A stretch of 64,000 bases of DNA, from assembly GCA_902462305.1 (NCBI GenBank), contig CABQBC010000008.1, forward strand, positions 20,775-84,774, in the 5' to 3' direction. Within the stretch, counting starts at the first letter, position 1. Each line of letters opens with the position of its first letter. Position numbers and translations under genes: made by a program. The notes beneath the pieces are model-generated. The model was not told the origin of the DNA. It saw only the letters and a program-made list of their open reading frames with translations, and searched no databases. This document shows positions 11,852 to 21,172 of the stretch, piece by piece. This stretch comes from an uncultured Flavobacteriales bacterium (lineage in GTDB: Bacteria > Bacteroidota > Bacteroidia > Flavobacteriales > UBA1820).

Positions 11852-12922
11852 TTAAGAACGTATTCTTGGGTCGAGCCACGCATAAACCACGTCCACTGCC
11901 ATATTTATCAGTATGAAAATAGTGGCTACCACCAGCACCGCCCCCATTACCACCGGCAGGTCCATCGAATTGAGCGCGTCCACTATCGCCTTTCCCAATC
12001 CGTTCCATGCGAAAATATATTCTATGAACACCGCCCCCGCCAGCATCCCGGCAAACCATCCGGAAGCGGCGGTAATGACAGGGTTCAGCGCATTCCGCAT
12101 GGCATGGCGCACCACCACCGATGCCGTACCGAGGCCTTTGGCACGGGCAGTGCGTATGTAATCCTGGTTCATGACATCCAGCAACGAGCCGCGCATAAGC
12201 TGAATAACAACCGCCAACGGACGCATACCAAGGGTCACAGCCGGTAGTATTATCGCCGATACGGTGAGAAATTCCCCCCGTCCGAGGTTGTCTATCGTGT
12301 AGAGATTGCCTGTCATCGAAAGCCCTGTATAACTGTGGAGCAGATATCCGAATATCCAGGCTACTATTATAGCCGCGAAAAACGAAGGCAGACTCATACC
12401 GAGGCTTCCGAGTACCGATACTGCACGGTCGAACAGAGAATCCCTCCACAGAGCAGCCAGAACGCCGATGAAAATACCTATTATCATGGCTATCGTCATG
12501 GCTACCACGGCCAGTATCACGGTATTTGGCAATGTCTGCGCTATAATGCTGCTGACGTTGAGCCCGTCCCTCTGGTACGACTGGCGCAGGTACGGCCATT
12601 TGAGTATGAGGCTGTACTTGCCGAAATCCAATAGTTTTACATAAGAGTATTTGCCTTCCGGACAGGTATAATCGCCAGGAGTATTGCTGTTTACCGACAA
12701 AGGCAGAAGGTCGTTGATATAATAGACGTACTGCATCGGCAGCGGTTTGTCAAAACCGTATTTTGCGCGTATGGCTTTGAGTTGTTCTTCGTCTTCCCTC
12801 TGGTCCAGCATCATGCGTGCAGGATCCGAAGGTATGGCCTGGAAAAGTACGAACAATATAGTGGCAAGCCCCCACAGAGTGACAAGGGCCTGTAAAATCT
12901 TTTTAAACGCCAATTTAAGCAT
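11852..12922 (-). CDS. ABC transporter permease (Opp/Dpp-type binding-protein-dependent transport family)
   Basis: 356 aa with multiple TM segments and an EAA-like loop (DYIRTARAKGLGTASVVVRHAMRNAL). Confidence 0.85.
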   Translation of the reverse strand: MLKLAFKKILQALVTLWGLATILFVLFQAIPSDPARMMLDQREDEEQLKAIRAKYGFDKPLPMQYVYYINDLLPLSVNSNTPGDYTCPEGKYSYVKLLDFGKYSLILKWPYLRQSYQRDGLNVSSIIAQTLPNTVILAVVAMTIAMIIGIFIGVLAALWRDSLFDRAVSVLGSLGMSLPSFFAAIIVAWIFGYLLHSYTGLSMTGNLYTIDNLGRGEFLTVSAIILPAVTLGMRPLAVVIQLMRGSLLDVMNQDYIRTARAKGLGTASVVVRHAMRNALNPVITAASGWFAGMLAGAVFIEYIFAWNGLGKAIVDALNSMDLPVVMGAVLVVATIFILINMAVDVVYAWLDPRIRS

Positions 12923-12943
12923 TATGAACTTCTCTTCTTTTCC

Positions 12944-14056
12944 CTACCTGATATTAAAATAGCTCCATTTTCCCTCCACAGTGCCGCGCCTGAGCTCCAC
13001 CACCCCTGGGTTGGAACGTATTATCGTCTTGAGCGTAACCGGATCGGCAAAATATACAGGAATCTTTATGCCGTACATATCGGCATACTTATCGTCCGTG
13101 GAATTTGCCAGCACGATGACCGGATTTTTTGCGGCTGCGGCTTTCGCATTGATTTTCTCCCATTTTTTTGGCGAAGACGAGGCTATATCGTAAGACACGA
13201 TCACGAACACGCGTTCGAGAGACAGTATGGAATCCGTAACGTCGCGGCCGTCGCCGGTTTCTATGGAAAATCCCGTTATTTCAGGCTCAAAACCTTTTTT
13301 CACCAGTCTTGTGGTGCGGCTGACGAACTGCGCGCCCGGTATATCCCAAGGTTCGTCGGCATCGGTATATTCTTTTTCCACGCCGTCCACAGAATACACC
13401 CATGTGTTCTCGTACACCGGTTTTTCGGCATCATCGGGTACTTTCATGGCATCAGGGATGTTCACACCAGCTTTATACGGTCTCAAATCGACGAAAGGTT
13501 CATTGTGAAAAACATAATAGGCCGTTCCGAGAGAAATGGCAAAGATACCCGCTACCACGCTCATGGCGGTACGGAAACGAGCTGTCGGTTTTATGAATCT
13601 CTGCCATACGATAAGCAGGATTATCATGGCCGTAAGCGCTACGTTCTTGAAAAACGAAGGCCAGGGCTCCATGTGTACGGCATCGCCGAAACATCCGCAG
13701 TCGGAAACTTTTCCTGTCAGCGCCGAATAAAAAGTAACTATTGTAAAGCCTGAATTAAGAACAAGCAACGTCCACAAAGTAAAAACCTTAAATCGTCCCA
13801 TCAGAAGCGATGCGCCGAGTATCAGTTCCAGTGTTATAAGCGCTACGGCAAATTCCGTTGCCAATGGCGCTAGGAACTGCATGTTGAACACTCCCGGAGA
13901 GAAATATTCCTCGATTTTAAATGCCAGGCCCATAGGGTCGTTAAGCTTTATCAGCCCGGAAAAAAGGAACACGACCCCGAGCAGTATCCTTACCGCCAGT
14001 GCCGCCGTTTTCTTTCGGCCGCGCAAAGCCTGTTCTGCATCATTGTTACCACTCAT
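12944..14056 (-). CDS. DoxX/MauE-like membrane protein with soluble C-terminal (thioredoxin-fold-like) domain
   Basis: 370 aa. The N-terminal half has about five hydrophobic helices plus SDCGCFG. The C-terminal half is soluble. The family assignment is tentative. Confidence 0.6.
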   Translation of the reverse strand: MSGNNDAEQALRGRKKTAALAVRILLGVVFLFSGLIKLNDPMGLAFKIEEYFSPGVFNMQFLAPLATEFAVALITLELILGASLLMGRFKVFTLWTLLVLNSGFTIVTFYSALTGKVSDCGCFGDAVHMEPWPSFFKNVALTAMIILLIVWQRFIKPTARFRTAMSVVAGIFAISLGTAYYVFHNEPFVDLRPYKAGVNIPDAMKVPDDAEKPVYENTWVYSVDGVEKEYTDADEPWDIPGAQFVSRTTRLVKKGFEPEITGFSIETGDGRDVTDSILSLERVFVIVSYDIASSSPKKWEKINAKAAAAKNPVIVLANSTDDKYADMYGIKIPVYFADPVTLKTIIRSNPGVVELRRGTVEGKWSYFNIR

Positions 14057-14618
14057 CGTTTTCCATGAATTTTATAAGTGCGAATATCGAATAGTTCAGC
14101 ATGTCGTAATAGTTGGCATCGACGCCTTCGGATACTTTCGTCAACCCGCCGTTGTCCTCTATCTGTTTCACACGCAGCAGTTTCTGAAGGATGATATCGC
14201 AAAGCGACGATATGCGCATCTCGCGCCAGGCTTCGCCGTAATCGTGGTTCTTACGCATCATCAGTTCTTTAGCCTCGCGGGCGTATTTGTCGTACAACGC
14301 TTCGACTTCTTCATGCGACATGTCGGGCCGTTCGGCTACGCCTTTTTCAATCTGTATCAGTGCGATTATACAGTAGTTGACTATCGCTACGAACTCGCCG
14401 GCTTCGTCCTCGTCGACAAGGCGTGTTTCTGCCTGTTGTATCGAACGTATGCGCTGGGCTTTTATGAATATCTGATCCGTAAGGGACGGAAGACGCAGAA
14501 TACGCCATGCCGGACCGTAATCCTCCAGTTTTTTTGAAAAAAGGCCCCGGCAGCGCTTTATCACCGCGTCGAACTGTCGTGCGGTATCCGTAAAACCTTC
14601 TGTGGCAGGCTGTGTCAT
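14046..14618 (-). CDS. DUF1599-like protein
   Basis: The ORF track starts at 14729, but the likely start is the ATG at 14616-14618 (MTQPATEGF...). The two-repeat helical pattern (YGPAWRILR...QIFIKAQRIRSIQ and YGEAWREMR...DIILQKLLRVKQIE) is characteristic of DUF1599. Its stop overlaps the start of the downstream gene by 11 nt. Confidence 0.7.
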   Translation of the reverse strand: MTQPATEGFTDTARQFDAVIKRCRGLFSKKLEDYGPAWRILRLPSLTDQIFIKAQRIRSIQQAETRLVDEDEAGEFVAIVNYCIIALIQIEKGVAERPDMSHEEVEALYDKYAREAKELMMRKNHDYGEAWREMRISSLCDIILQKLLRVKQIEDNGGLTKVSEGVDANYYDMLNYSIFALIKFMENDEW

Positions 14619-14761
14619 TGCTGATTGTCGTTCGTTTTGGTGTTTCCAAAGATAGTGATTTTTTTCTTTAGATACCTGTCCTGGGCGCGTAAAAATGAGC
14701 CGGCGTTTTTTTCGTTTAAATGTTTTCACAAAAAACCGGATTGCCTGATACCGTTATTCGC

Positions 14762-14769
14762 TAAATTTG
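14762..14769 (+). promoter_or_regulatory. Bacteroidota -7 promoter motif upstream of the MATE gene
   Basis: TAAATTTG, 38 nt upstream of the ATG at 14807. Confidence 0.55.
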
Positions 14770-14806
14770 CGCGCTGAAATAAAAAACGAAAAAGAAAAGC
14801 TATCAA

Positions 14807-16216
14807 ATGCCTAAAGGACAGGAAAATATCAGAAGGCAATTCCGTGCCCTGGCAGGGCCGATATTTGTGGAAACGTTCCTGGTGATGCTGTTGGGAGCGA
14901 TAGACATTCTCATGCTCAGTCAGTATTCGGACGACAAAGTAGCCTCGGCCGGTATGGCGAACCAACTTCTGAGCATGGTGTTCCTGATATATGCGGTTAC
15001 TTCGATAGGTACTTCGGTATGCTGTTCGCAGTTTTTCGGTGCCGGTGAACGGCTCAGCGTGATGCAGATACTCGGAGTGTCTGTTATTTTCAATACGATG
15101 CTCGGAGCGATCACCAGCGCGTTTTTGTATTTCTTTTCCGGAAACCTGCTCCGCGCTATGGACCTGGATACGTCGCTGCTGCCCGATGCCGTGGACTACA
15201 TGCAGATTGTTGGCGGTTTTTCGTTCCTGCAAGCCGTGTCAATGACCCTTTCGGCATTCCTTCGCGCGGCCAACAAGGCGTACTACCCGATGTTCGTAAC
15301 CCTGCTGATAAACATAATGAACATATTCGGCAACTACGCGCTGATATTCGGAAAGTTCGGCCTGCCGGAAATGGGAGTCGCAGGTGCGGCGGTATCGACA
15401 TCGGCAAGCCGCGGCATATCCCTGGCAATACTGCTGGCGATAGTTTTCAGACACGAAATGAAAGACTTCACGCTCCGGTGCCTGCGGCCTTTTCCATGGG
15501 TAAAACTCAAGAACGTATTGTCGATAGGGCTTCCGGCAGGCGGAGAACAACTCTCGTACAGCCTTTCGCAGGTGACGATAACGTATTTCATCAACATGCT
15601 TGGCAACGACGCGCTGACAGCGCGTACGTATGTAGTGAACATAGTTATGTTCTCGTACCTTTTCTCTACGGCAATAGGTATGGGAGGAGCCATCTGCATA
15701 GGACGTCTGGTAGGACGCGGAAAGAAGAACGGAGCATATTATCTGGGGCTCTACTGCCTTAAACTGTCACTTTTGTGTACTATCGCGATATCCTCGCTCA
15801 CGGCGGTGTTCGGACGTGGAATAATGGAACTGCTCACCTCCAACCCGGAAATAATACGCATGGGAGCCACAATACTCATCGTCGACATAGGCGTGGAGAT
15901 AGGCCGTGCGGTGAATATTTTCGGCGGGGCAAGCCTGCGTGCCACAGGAGATGCGCGTTACCCGTTCGTCGTGGGACTGATATTCATGTGGAGTGTTGCC
16001 ACGGCAATGAGCTATGTATTCGGAATCGTAATGGGGCTGGGAATAATAGGCATGTGGACGGCATTTCTTCTGGACGAGAATATCCGTGCCGCCATACTGG
16101 TACGAAGATGGACAAGCAAAAAATGGAAGTCCAAAGGTTTCATAAGGGACGGCAAACCGTTCAAATCCCGATACGAACCTTCGGACTTCAGCAAAACAGG
16201 TGTCAAGGTATCTTAA
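14807..16216 (+). CDS. MATE family efflux transporter
   Basis: 469 aa with 12 predicted TM segments. The N-terminal motif ALAGPIFVETFLVMLLGAIDILMLS is typical of MATE/NorM transporters. Confidence 0.88.
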   Translation: MPKGQENIRRQFRALAGPIFVETFLVMLLGAIDILMLSQYSDDKVASAGMANQLLSMVFLIYAVTSIGTSVCCSQFFGAGERLSVMQILGVSVIFNTMLGAITSAFLYFFSGNLLRAMDLDTSLLPDAVDYMQIVGGFSFLQAVSMTLSAFLRAANKAYYPMFVTLLINIMNIFGNYALIFGKFGLPEMGVAGAAVSTSASRGISLAILLAIVFRHEMKDFTLRCLRPFPWVKLKNVLSIGLPAGGEQLSYSLSQVTITYFINMLGNDALTARTYVVNIVMFSYLFSTAIGMGGAICIGRLVGRGKKNGAYYLGLYCLKLSLLCTIAISSLTAVFGRGIMELLTSNPEIIRMGATILIVDIGVEIGRAVNIFGGASLRATGDARYPFVVGLIFMWSVATAMSYVFGIVMGLGIIGMWTAFLLDENIRAAILVRRWTSKKWKSKGFIRDGKPFKSRYEPSDFSKTGVKVS

Positions 16217-16512
16217 TCGAAAGCACCGCTTATTCCCGCAGCCGATATTATAGCACCGAAAAACAGGGCATAGAACAATATCAGAAGGACTATCTTTATA
16301 GCCACGAACAGAAGCGACGCTTTGGCCCAGTTGGCCCGGTTGCGGTTTCCGTCATCCGAAAAAGCCCATACGAACAGCATTATGATGTTAACCAGCGGGA
16401 TGATCATTATCAGCAGCGTGACAAGCCAGTCGCTGACAGACATCACACGGGTATCGTTGTTAAAATAAGGCGGCATCTGTCCGCCGGACTGTTGTTGGTC
16501 GAAGTTTTCCAT
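16213..16512 (-). CDS. small membrane protein, unknown function
   Basis: 99 aa with two long hydrophobic helices after a Gln/Gly-rich N-terminus. Its stop overlaps the MATE stop (TTAA at 16213-16216). Confidence 0.55.
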   Translation of the reverse strand: MENFDQQQSGGQMPPYFNNDTRVMSVSDWLVTLLIMIIPLVNIIMLFVWAFSDDGNRNRANWAKASLLFVAIKIVLLILFYALFFGAIISAAGISGAFD

Positions 16513-16605
16513 TTCAAAAAAAGTGTGTTATATTAATGAACATAGTGAATTTCAGCGATGTGCACATTTTACGACAGTAAAAAAATATAATTCTCATTAA
16601 GGACA

Positions 16606-17268
16606 TCATTCCAGTTTTTCGACCGTTATTTCAGGGAATCCGCCCATAAAGGACAACAGGCGGTTGTCGTCGTTTCTCAACTTGGTCTTTACCGCCATCG
16701 TCACCAGGAACACATCCGGCCGGTTTTCTTTTTCATCCACTTGAAAACTGACTATATGATATTCTTTCGGGTTCATGCTTTGGGATATACGCCCGACAAC
16801 GCTCTTGTCGGCAGTAGAGAATATGACCAACGAAGTACGCATGCTCACACTTTTGAACACCATGCTCAGTACTTCGAGCCCTACGAGCGTCAGTATTGTC
16901 GCAGCAACGCCGAGAGAATACATGCCGGCCCCTACCGCCAGACCTATACCGGCCGTAGCCCATACGCCGGCGGCTGTGGTCAGCCCGCGCACGAACTGAC
17001 GCTGTATTATTATCGTTCCGGCCCCTATGAAACCTATGCCGCTCACCACCTGCGCGGCGATACGGCTTGGGTCAAGACCTACGCCGGCATCGGCCAATAT
17101 ATCGGCAAAACCGTATTTCGACACTATCATCATAAGCGCACTGCCGAGCGACACCAGGAAATGAGTCCTGTACCCCGCTTCCTTGGCCCTGTATTCCCTT
17201 TCAAGTCCTATCACTGCGCCAAGCACTCCCGCAACGAGCAGTCTGACTGCAAAATTCCATTCTTCCAT
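16606..17268 (-). CDS. mgtC: MgtC/SapB family membrane protein
   Basis: 220 aa. The N-terminal block LLVAGVLGAVIGLEREYRAKEAGYRTHFLVSLGSAL is the MgtC signature. A soluble ACT-like C-terminal domain follows. Confidence 0.85.
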   Translation of the reverse strand: MEEWNFAVRLLVAGVLGAVIGLEREYRAKEAGYRTHFLVSLGSALMMIVSKYGFADILADAGVGLDPSRIAAQVVSGIGFIGAGTIIIQRQFVRGLTTAAGVWATAGIGLAVGAGMYSLGVAATILTLVGLEVLSMVFKSVSMRTSLVIFSTADKSVVGRISQSMNPKEYHIVSFQVDEKENRPDVFLVTMAVKTKLRNDDNRLLSFMGGFPEITVEKLE

Positions 17269-17365
17269 CTTGTCTGTGTCTTGACGTTTACTAAATTATA
17301 CCCGCTGTAAACATGGCAGCGCGTTTACCGTCACAATTTAATAACAATCGGCCTTTCCGCCGAAA

Positions 17366-17373
17366 TATATTTG
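17366..17373 (+). promoter_or_regulatory. orphan TAnnTTTG motif pointing into the non-coding structured element
   Basis: TATATTTG on the plus strand. No plus-strand gene lies downstream before metF, which is on the opposite strand. Confidence 0.35.
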
Positions 17374-17460
17374 AAAAAAAATTCACACTTACAATCAGCC
17401 TTAGTCATTAATGGCAAGTGTTTGAGAACCGTACTTTTATTCCGTAATATCCTCTCCTCT

Positions 17461-17695
17461 TCACTTTCTTTTGTTTCTCCAGAAGGCCGGTAGTCCCGGC
17501 GGAACAGAGGGAAACATCGGCCCGTTATGGTAGCGGAGCGTCTGTTTCCGAGCAGAACAGCCCTGGAAAGGAGGGTTTTACACGGCACTACAACCGCCTT
17601 TCCAGGGCGTAGGGATGCGAGAGAAACCGTTAGCTCCGCGCACGAGGTCGCTCTTTTTCTTTGCCACTTTCTTTTGGAGAAGCAAAAGAAAGTGG
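17461..17695. repeat. inverted-repeat-flanked, highly structured non-coding element (MITE-like or ncRNA)
   Basis: The left 20-mer tcactttcttttgtttctcc (17461-17480) matches the reverse complement of 17676-17695 (ccactttcttttgcttctcc) at 18 of 20 positions. A third, direct copy of cactttcttttg lies at 17665-17676. Internal perfect stems are 17560-17571/17597-17608 (12 bp), 17510-17516/17543-17549 (7 bp) and 17486-17490/17496-17500 (5 bp). Confidence 0.6.
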
Positions 17696-17759
17696 AATAA
17701 AAGGCGAACGAGGTAATTAAATAATGCCGATGATTAATAGTACTTTTAATCAATCACGC

Positions 17760-17806
17760 AAAAAAAAACTGAAACGCCATACATGACACCACGTATAGCG
17801 TTTCAG
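17760..17806 (-). terminator. terminator of metF
   Basis: On the minus strand the stem is ctgaaacgc ... gcgtttcag (9 bp) followed by T9. It lies 22 nt downstream of the metF stop. Confidence 0.7.
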
Positions 17807-17827
17807 CACTGCCCGTAACACGCCGTA

Positions 17828-18778
17828 TCAGAATACTCTGGAGGCTATCGATGCAATATTGTCCGGACGGCCCATCGAATAGAAATGCAGAGCCGGCACC
17901 CCTGCTTTTATCAGTTCCCGGCACTGCCCTACGGCCCATTCTATACCTATATTCCTGACATGTGCGTTGTCCGGTGCTTTATCCACGGCAGAGGCCAGTT
18001 CTTCTGGTATGTTCACTCCGAACACCTGAGGCAGTAGCGAAAGTTGCGCTTTGGTAGAAAACGGTTTAAGCCCCGGTATTACAGGTACTTCTATTCCTGC
18101 CGCACGGCATTCGTTCACAAAAGAGAAAAATCTGGAATTGTCGAAGAACATCTGTGTGACTATGTAATTGGCCCCTGCGTCGACTTTTTCCTTAAGTCGA
18201 GCTATGTCTGACTTGACGTTCGGCGATTCGGCATGTTTTTCAGGATATCCGGCCACGCCGATACAGAAATCCGTAGGCGCGCAGTGCTCCACCTCACCCG
18301 AAAGATACTCGCCGCGGTTCATGGAGGCTATCTGCGAAACGAGTTCGCTGGCATGGCAGTGCCCGCCTTCGTGCGGGCGGAAAGTATGTTCGCCCCTCAT
18401 GTTGTCCCCGCGCAGGGCCAGCACGTTGTCTATGCCCAGAAAATTCATCTCGATAAGTGCGTCTTCCGTTTCATCGGCCGAAAAACCGCCGCAGATAAGA
18501 TGCGGAACCACATCTATCGAATAACGCGCCTGTATAGCTGCCGATATACCCACCGTACCGGGACGCTTACGCACCACGCGGCGTTCCAGAAGCCCGCCTT
18601 CGCGCTCCACCAGCTTTATTTCCTCACGGTGGTAGGTAACGTTTATATACGACGGGGAAAACTCCCTGAGAGTGTCTATCGCTGAATATATGGATTCGAT
18701 GTTCTGCCCTTTGAGCGGAGGCAGCAATTCAAATGCGAAAAGTGTGCGTCCGTCAGTGAATTTATCAGTCAGTTTCAT
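17828..18778 (-). CDS. metF: methylenetetrahydrofolate reductase
   Basis: 316 aa. The N-terminus FAFELLPPLKG and the segments YINVTYH and HLICGG are typical of MetF. Confidence 0.9.
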   Translation of the reverse strand: MKLTDKFTDGRTLFAFELLPPLKGQNIESIYSAIDTLREFSPSYINVTYHREEIKLVEREGGLLERRVVRKRPGTVGISAAIQARYSIDVVPHLICGGFSADETEDALIEMNFLGIDNVLALRGDNMRGEHTFRPHEGGHCHASELVSQIASMNRGEYLSGEVEHCAPTDFCIGVAGYPEKHAESPNVKSDIARLKEKVDAGANYIVTQMFFDNSRFFSFVNECRAAGIEVPVIPGLKPFSTKAQLSLLPQVFGVNIPEELASAVDKAPDNAHVRNIGIEWAVGQCRELIKAGVPALHFYSMGRPDNIASIASRVF

Positions 18779-18938
18779 TTTTTTCCTCGTTTTGTGTTGC
18801 GATGTGCAAATATGCGCATTTTTGATTATTTGTTTTTACCGCCGCCGAGTTTTATTGTTGTTTTTTTAACACAGCAGCGCAAACGGACACTAACCGGCAA
18901 ACATGGTTTAAGCACAATACGGATATGATAAAACCTGC

Positions 18939-20177
18939 CTAAAGGCTAACCAAATCCCGGAATTCCTTGGGAAACGCTATGAAGTACTTGGTTTCCGTTT
19001 TGTCGGCCGTAAAATTTATCTGCTCCGAAACCTCCGTTATGTTCCTTACGCTGCCGTCGCGGAGCATTATCCTGATATTGTCTTCCCTCGGGCGGTAAAC
19101 GTGGTTTTTTATCTCGCGGTATGTCAAAAGGTATTTCACCTGTTCGCGGTCCAGACCGTACTCCGACGCTATGGCTTCGCCTATCCTGCTTACCACAGCC
19201 GGGTCAAGCGGCCGGGAAAGCAGTTTGGCAAAGAAAAGCCTTCTCTCGCAAATGCAGCGCGAGAGATACGAGAGTATGAAATCATCCTGGTGCTTCCACT
19301 GTTTGAACACGGACCACATGTCTGATTCGTCTATATCCATGTATGTGCTTATGAACTTCGGCGACAAATCGGCGCTCGAAGCTTTCGTGGCAAGGAGTTT
19401 TCTAAGGGGCTCCGGAGCTGGCAGTGAACGTCCGGCAGCCGTGAGTTCAGCCGCGCGGCGGACTATTCCGTCGACCAACGTATCGGCTCCGAGCACAGTC
19501 TTGTGAAGGTACACCTGCCAGTACATCATACGACGGGCTATTACGAATTTTTCGACCGAATAAAGCCCTTTTTCCTCGAAAACGATATCTCCTGCCGAAA
19601 CGTTGAGCATGGCTATGATGCGTTCATGGCTGACTATGCCTTCCGATGCGCCGGTAAAAAAACTGTCGCGGTTCAGGTAATCGAGACGGTCCATGTCCAA
19701 CTGGGACGAGATAAGACTGTGAAGGTAATGTTTACCGTAACCTCCTTTGAATATTTCGACCGCCGTGTCGAACACAGGATGTGTAAATTCGTCCCTCATC
19801 ATGGCCATTACCGCAAGGGAGATGTCCTCGTGGGTAATGCCGTCCAGGAACTCCCCTTCCAATGTGTGTGAAAACGGCGCGTGGCCTATATCGTGCAACA
19901 ATATGGCCAGTTTTGCCGCAGCAGCCTCATGTGGCGTTATTTCGAAACCTTTTTCCCGGAGCGTGGATATGGCCCTGGACATCAGATGCATCGCTCCTAT
20001 CGAATGAGTGAAGCGGTTATGCACTGCGCCGGGGTACACCAGCGAGGATAGTCCTATCTGGGATATGCGCCGCAGACGCTGCATATACGGATGGGATATT
20101 ACCGACGATATCAGAGGGTCGTCTATGCGGATAAAACCGTAAACCGGGTCATTTATGTTCCTGTTATGAGTACTCAT
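18939..20177 (-). CDS. HD-domain phosphohydrolase (dNTP triphosphohydrolase-like)
   Basis: 412 aa. HD motifs are NRFTHSIG and LLHDIGHAPFSH, followed by DMDRLDYLNRDS. Confidence 0.85.
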   Translation of the reverse strand: MSTHNRNINDPVYGFIRIDDPLISSVISHPYMQRLRRISQIGLSSLVYPGAVHNRFTHSIGAMHLMSRAISTLREKGFEITPHEAAAAKLAILLHDIGHAPFSHTLEGEFLDGITHEDISLAVMAMMRDEFTHPVFDTAVEIFKGGYGKHYLHSLISSQLDMDRLDYLNRDSFFTGASEGIVSHERIIAMLNVSAGDIVFEEKGLYSVEKFVIARRMMYWQVYLHKTVLGADTLVDGIVRRAAELTAAGRSLPAPEPLRKLLATKASSADLSPKFISTYMDIDESDMWSVFKQWKHQDDFILSYLSRCICERRLFFAKLLSRPLDPAVVSRIGEAIASEYGLDREQVKYLLTYREIKNHVYRPREDNIRIMLRDGSVRNITEVSEQINFTADKTETKYFIAFPKEFRDLVSL

Positions 20178-20628
20178 GCGATATATTGTATGGAAACTTC
20201 GGCAAAATTAGTCTTTTCAAAATTAAAACACCCATAAAACACTGCCTGTGTGTGAAAAATCAGCCCTAAAAATGGAAAAACCGCATCTCGATTCGCATCG
20301 GGCACGGTTTTCCTGTCATAGTTTCAGAGGGGATATTCGGTTCCCCACGGTTCATATACAAATTGTGTACTGCAAATATCGGTGCAAACATGCTCCGGCA
20401 CACTATAAAATGATGTCTTATTGAGAATTAGCATTCCCTGCACATTATCTGTTAGTACAAATATCCGAGTCCGATACTCGTTTTTAAGGGCAAATCCGCC
20501 GGCATTGAACTTCATTTTCACAAAACGGACACAAAAAAACATCCGTGTTTCGTTTTCCGCATTTGTGGCATTCGTCATGAAATACGTCCATTTTCCCGGA
20601 CCTCCGGATATTAAAACCGTAAAAAGGT

Positions 20629-20636
20629 TATATTTG
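20629..20636 (+). promoter_or_regulatory. Bacteroidota -7 promoter motif upstream of tsaE
   Basis: TATATTTG, 24 nt upstream of the ATG at 20660. Confidence 0.55.
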
Positions 20637-20659
20637 CAACGCACAACAAAACATCGACA

Positions 20660-21085
20660 ATGGCTTCCACGATATATTTCAAAGACGTAACGTTAGAAGA
20701 CCTTCCTGCTACAGCCAAAACCATCGCGGACAACATAAAGGACGGCGCCACCGTACTTCTCGAAGGGGAGATGGGTGCGGGCAAGACCACACTGGCCAAA
20801 CATCTGGTAAGCGCTATGGGATCGGCCGACCAGGTTTCCTCGCCTACGTTCTCGATAGTCAACCAATACGGCACACAAAGCGGTAAGACCATATACCACT
20901 TCGATTTTTACCGTATAGACGACCCTGCCGAGGCGTTCGACATGGGTTACGAGGAATATTTCTACGGCGGGGCCACCTGTATAGTGGAATGGGGGGAAAA
21001 AGTGGAAGGCTTGCTGCCCGAAAAAGTATCGCGCATACGTATAGAGAAAACGCCTGCCGGACGTGACATTACCTTTATGGAGTGA
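20660..21085 (+). CDS. tsaE: tRNA threonylcarbamoyladenosine biosynthesis ATPase TsaE
   Basis: 141 aa with Walker A GEMGAGKTTL, the SPTFSIVNQY block, HFDFYR, and EWGE at the C-terminus. Confidence 0.92.
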   Translation: MASTIYFKDVTLEDLPATAKTIADNIKDGATVLLEGEMGAGKTTLAKHLVSAMGSADQVSSPTFSIVNQYGTQSGKTIYHFDFYRIDDPAEAFDMGYEEYFYGGATCIVEWGEKVEGLLPEKVSRIRIEKTPAGRDITFME

Positions 21086-21101
21086 ATAACGTTTTTAGGC
21101 A

Positions 21102-21154
21102 TGTAAAACATAAAGTTCCGTGAGGCATTGCCTCACGGAACTTTATGTTTTACA
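21102..21154. terminator. long perfect palindrome / bidirectional terminator between tsaE and dapD
   Basis: The arms are 26 nt and perfectly complementary (tgtaaaacataaagttccgtgaggca / tgcctcacggaactttatgttttaca), separated by 1 nt. Confidence 0.7.
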
Positions 21155-21172
21155 GGAACAGGATGAAAAACG

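Noticed and set aside
16213-16216. Convergent genes sharing overlapping stop codons (TTAA) with no terminator between them
   Set aside because: The overlap is real but is a common compact-genome arrangement and has no evident regulatory meaning.
17461-17695. Assignment of the structured element to a known riboswitch (M-box upstream of mgtC, or cobalamin) or to RNase P / SRP / tmRNA
   Set aside because: I compared it by eye with the conserved cores I remember. These were the M-box GGUGAGGC...AAUGGGU, the cobalamin B12 box, RNase P GGAAAGUCCGG, SRP GGAAGCAGCC and the tmRNA termini. I found only weak, partial resemblances. It is left unclassified pending a covariance-model search.
17331-17753. 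140-aa minus-strand ORF in the metF-mgtC gap
   Set aside because: The translation is compositionally noisy, and its stop-free run coincides with the palindromic structured element. No start context or family resemblance was found.
20324-20690. ORFs of 106 aa (minus) and 89 aa (plus) in the 480-bp gap between the HD gene and tsaE
   Set aside because: They are mutually antisense, overlap the tsaE promoter motif and start, and have no recognisable motifs. The long gap itself remains unexplained and could hold a small RNA, but I saw no defining structure.
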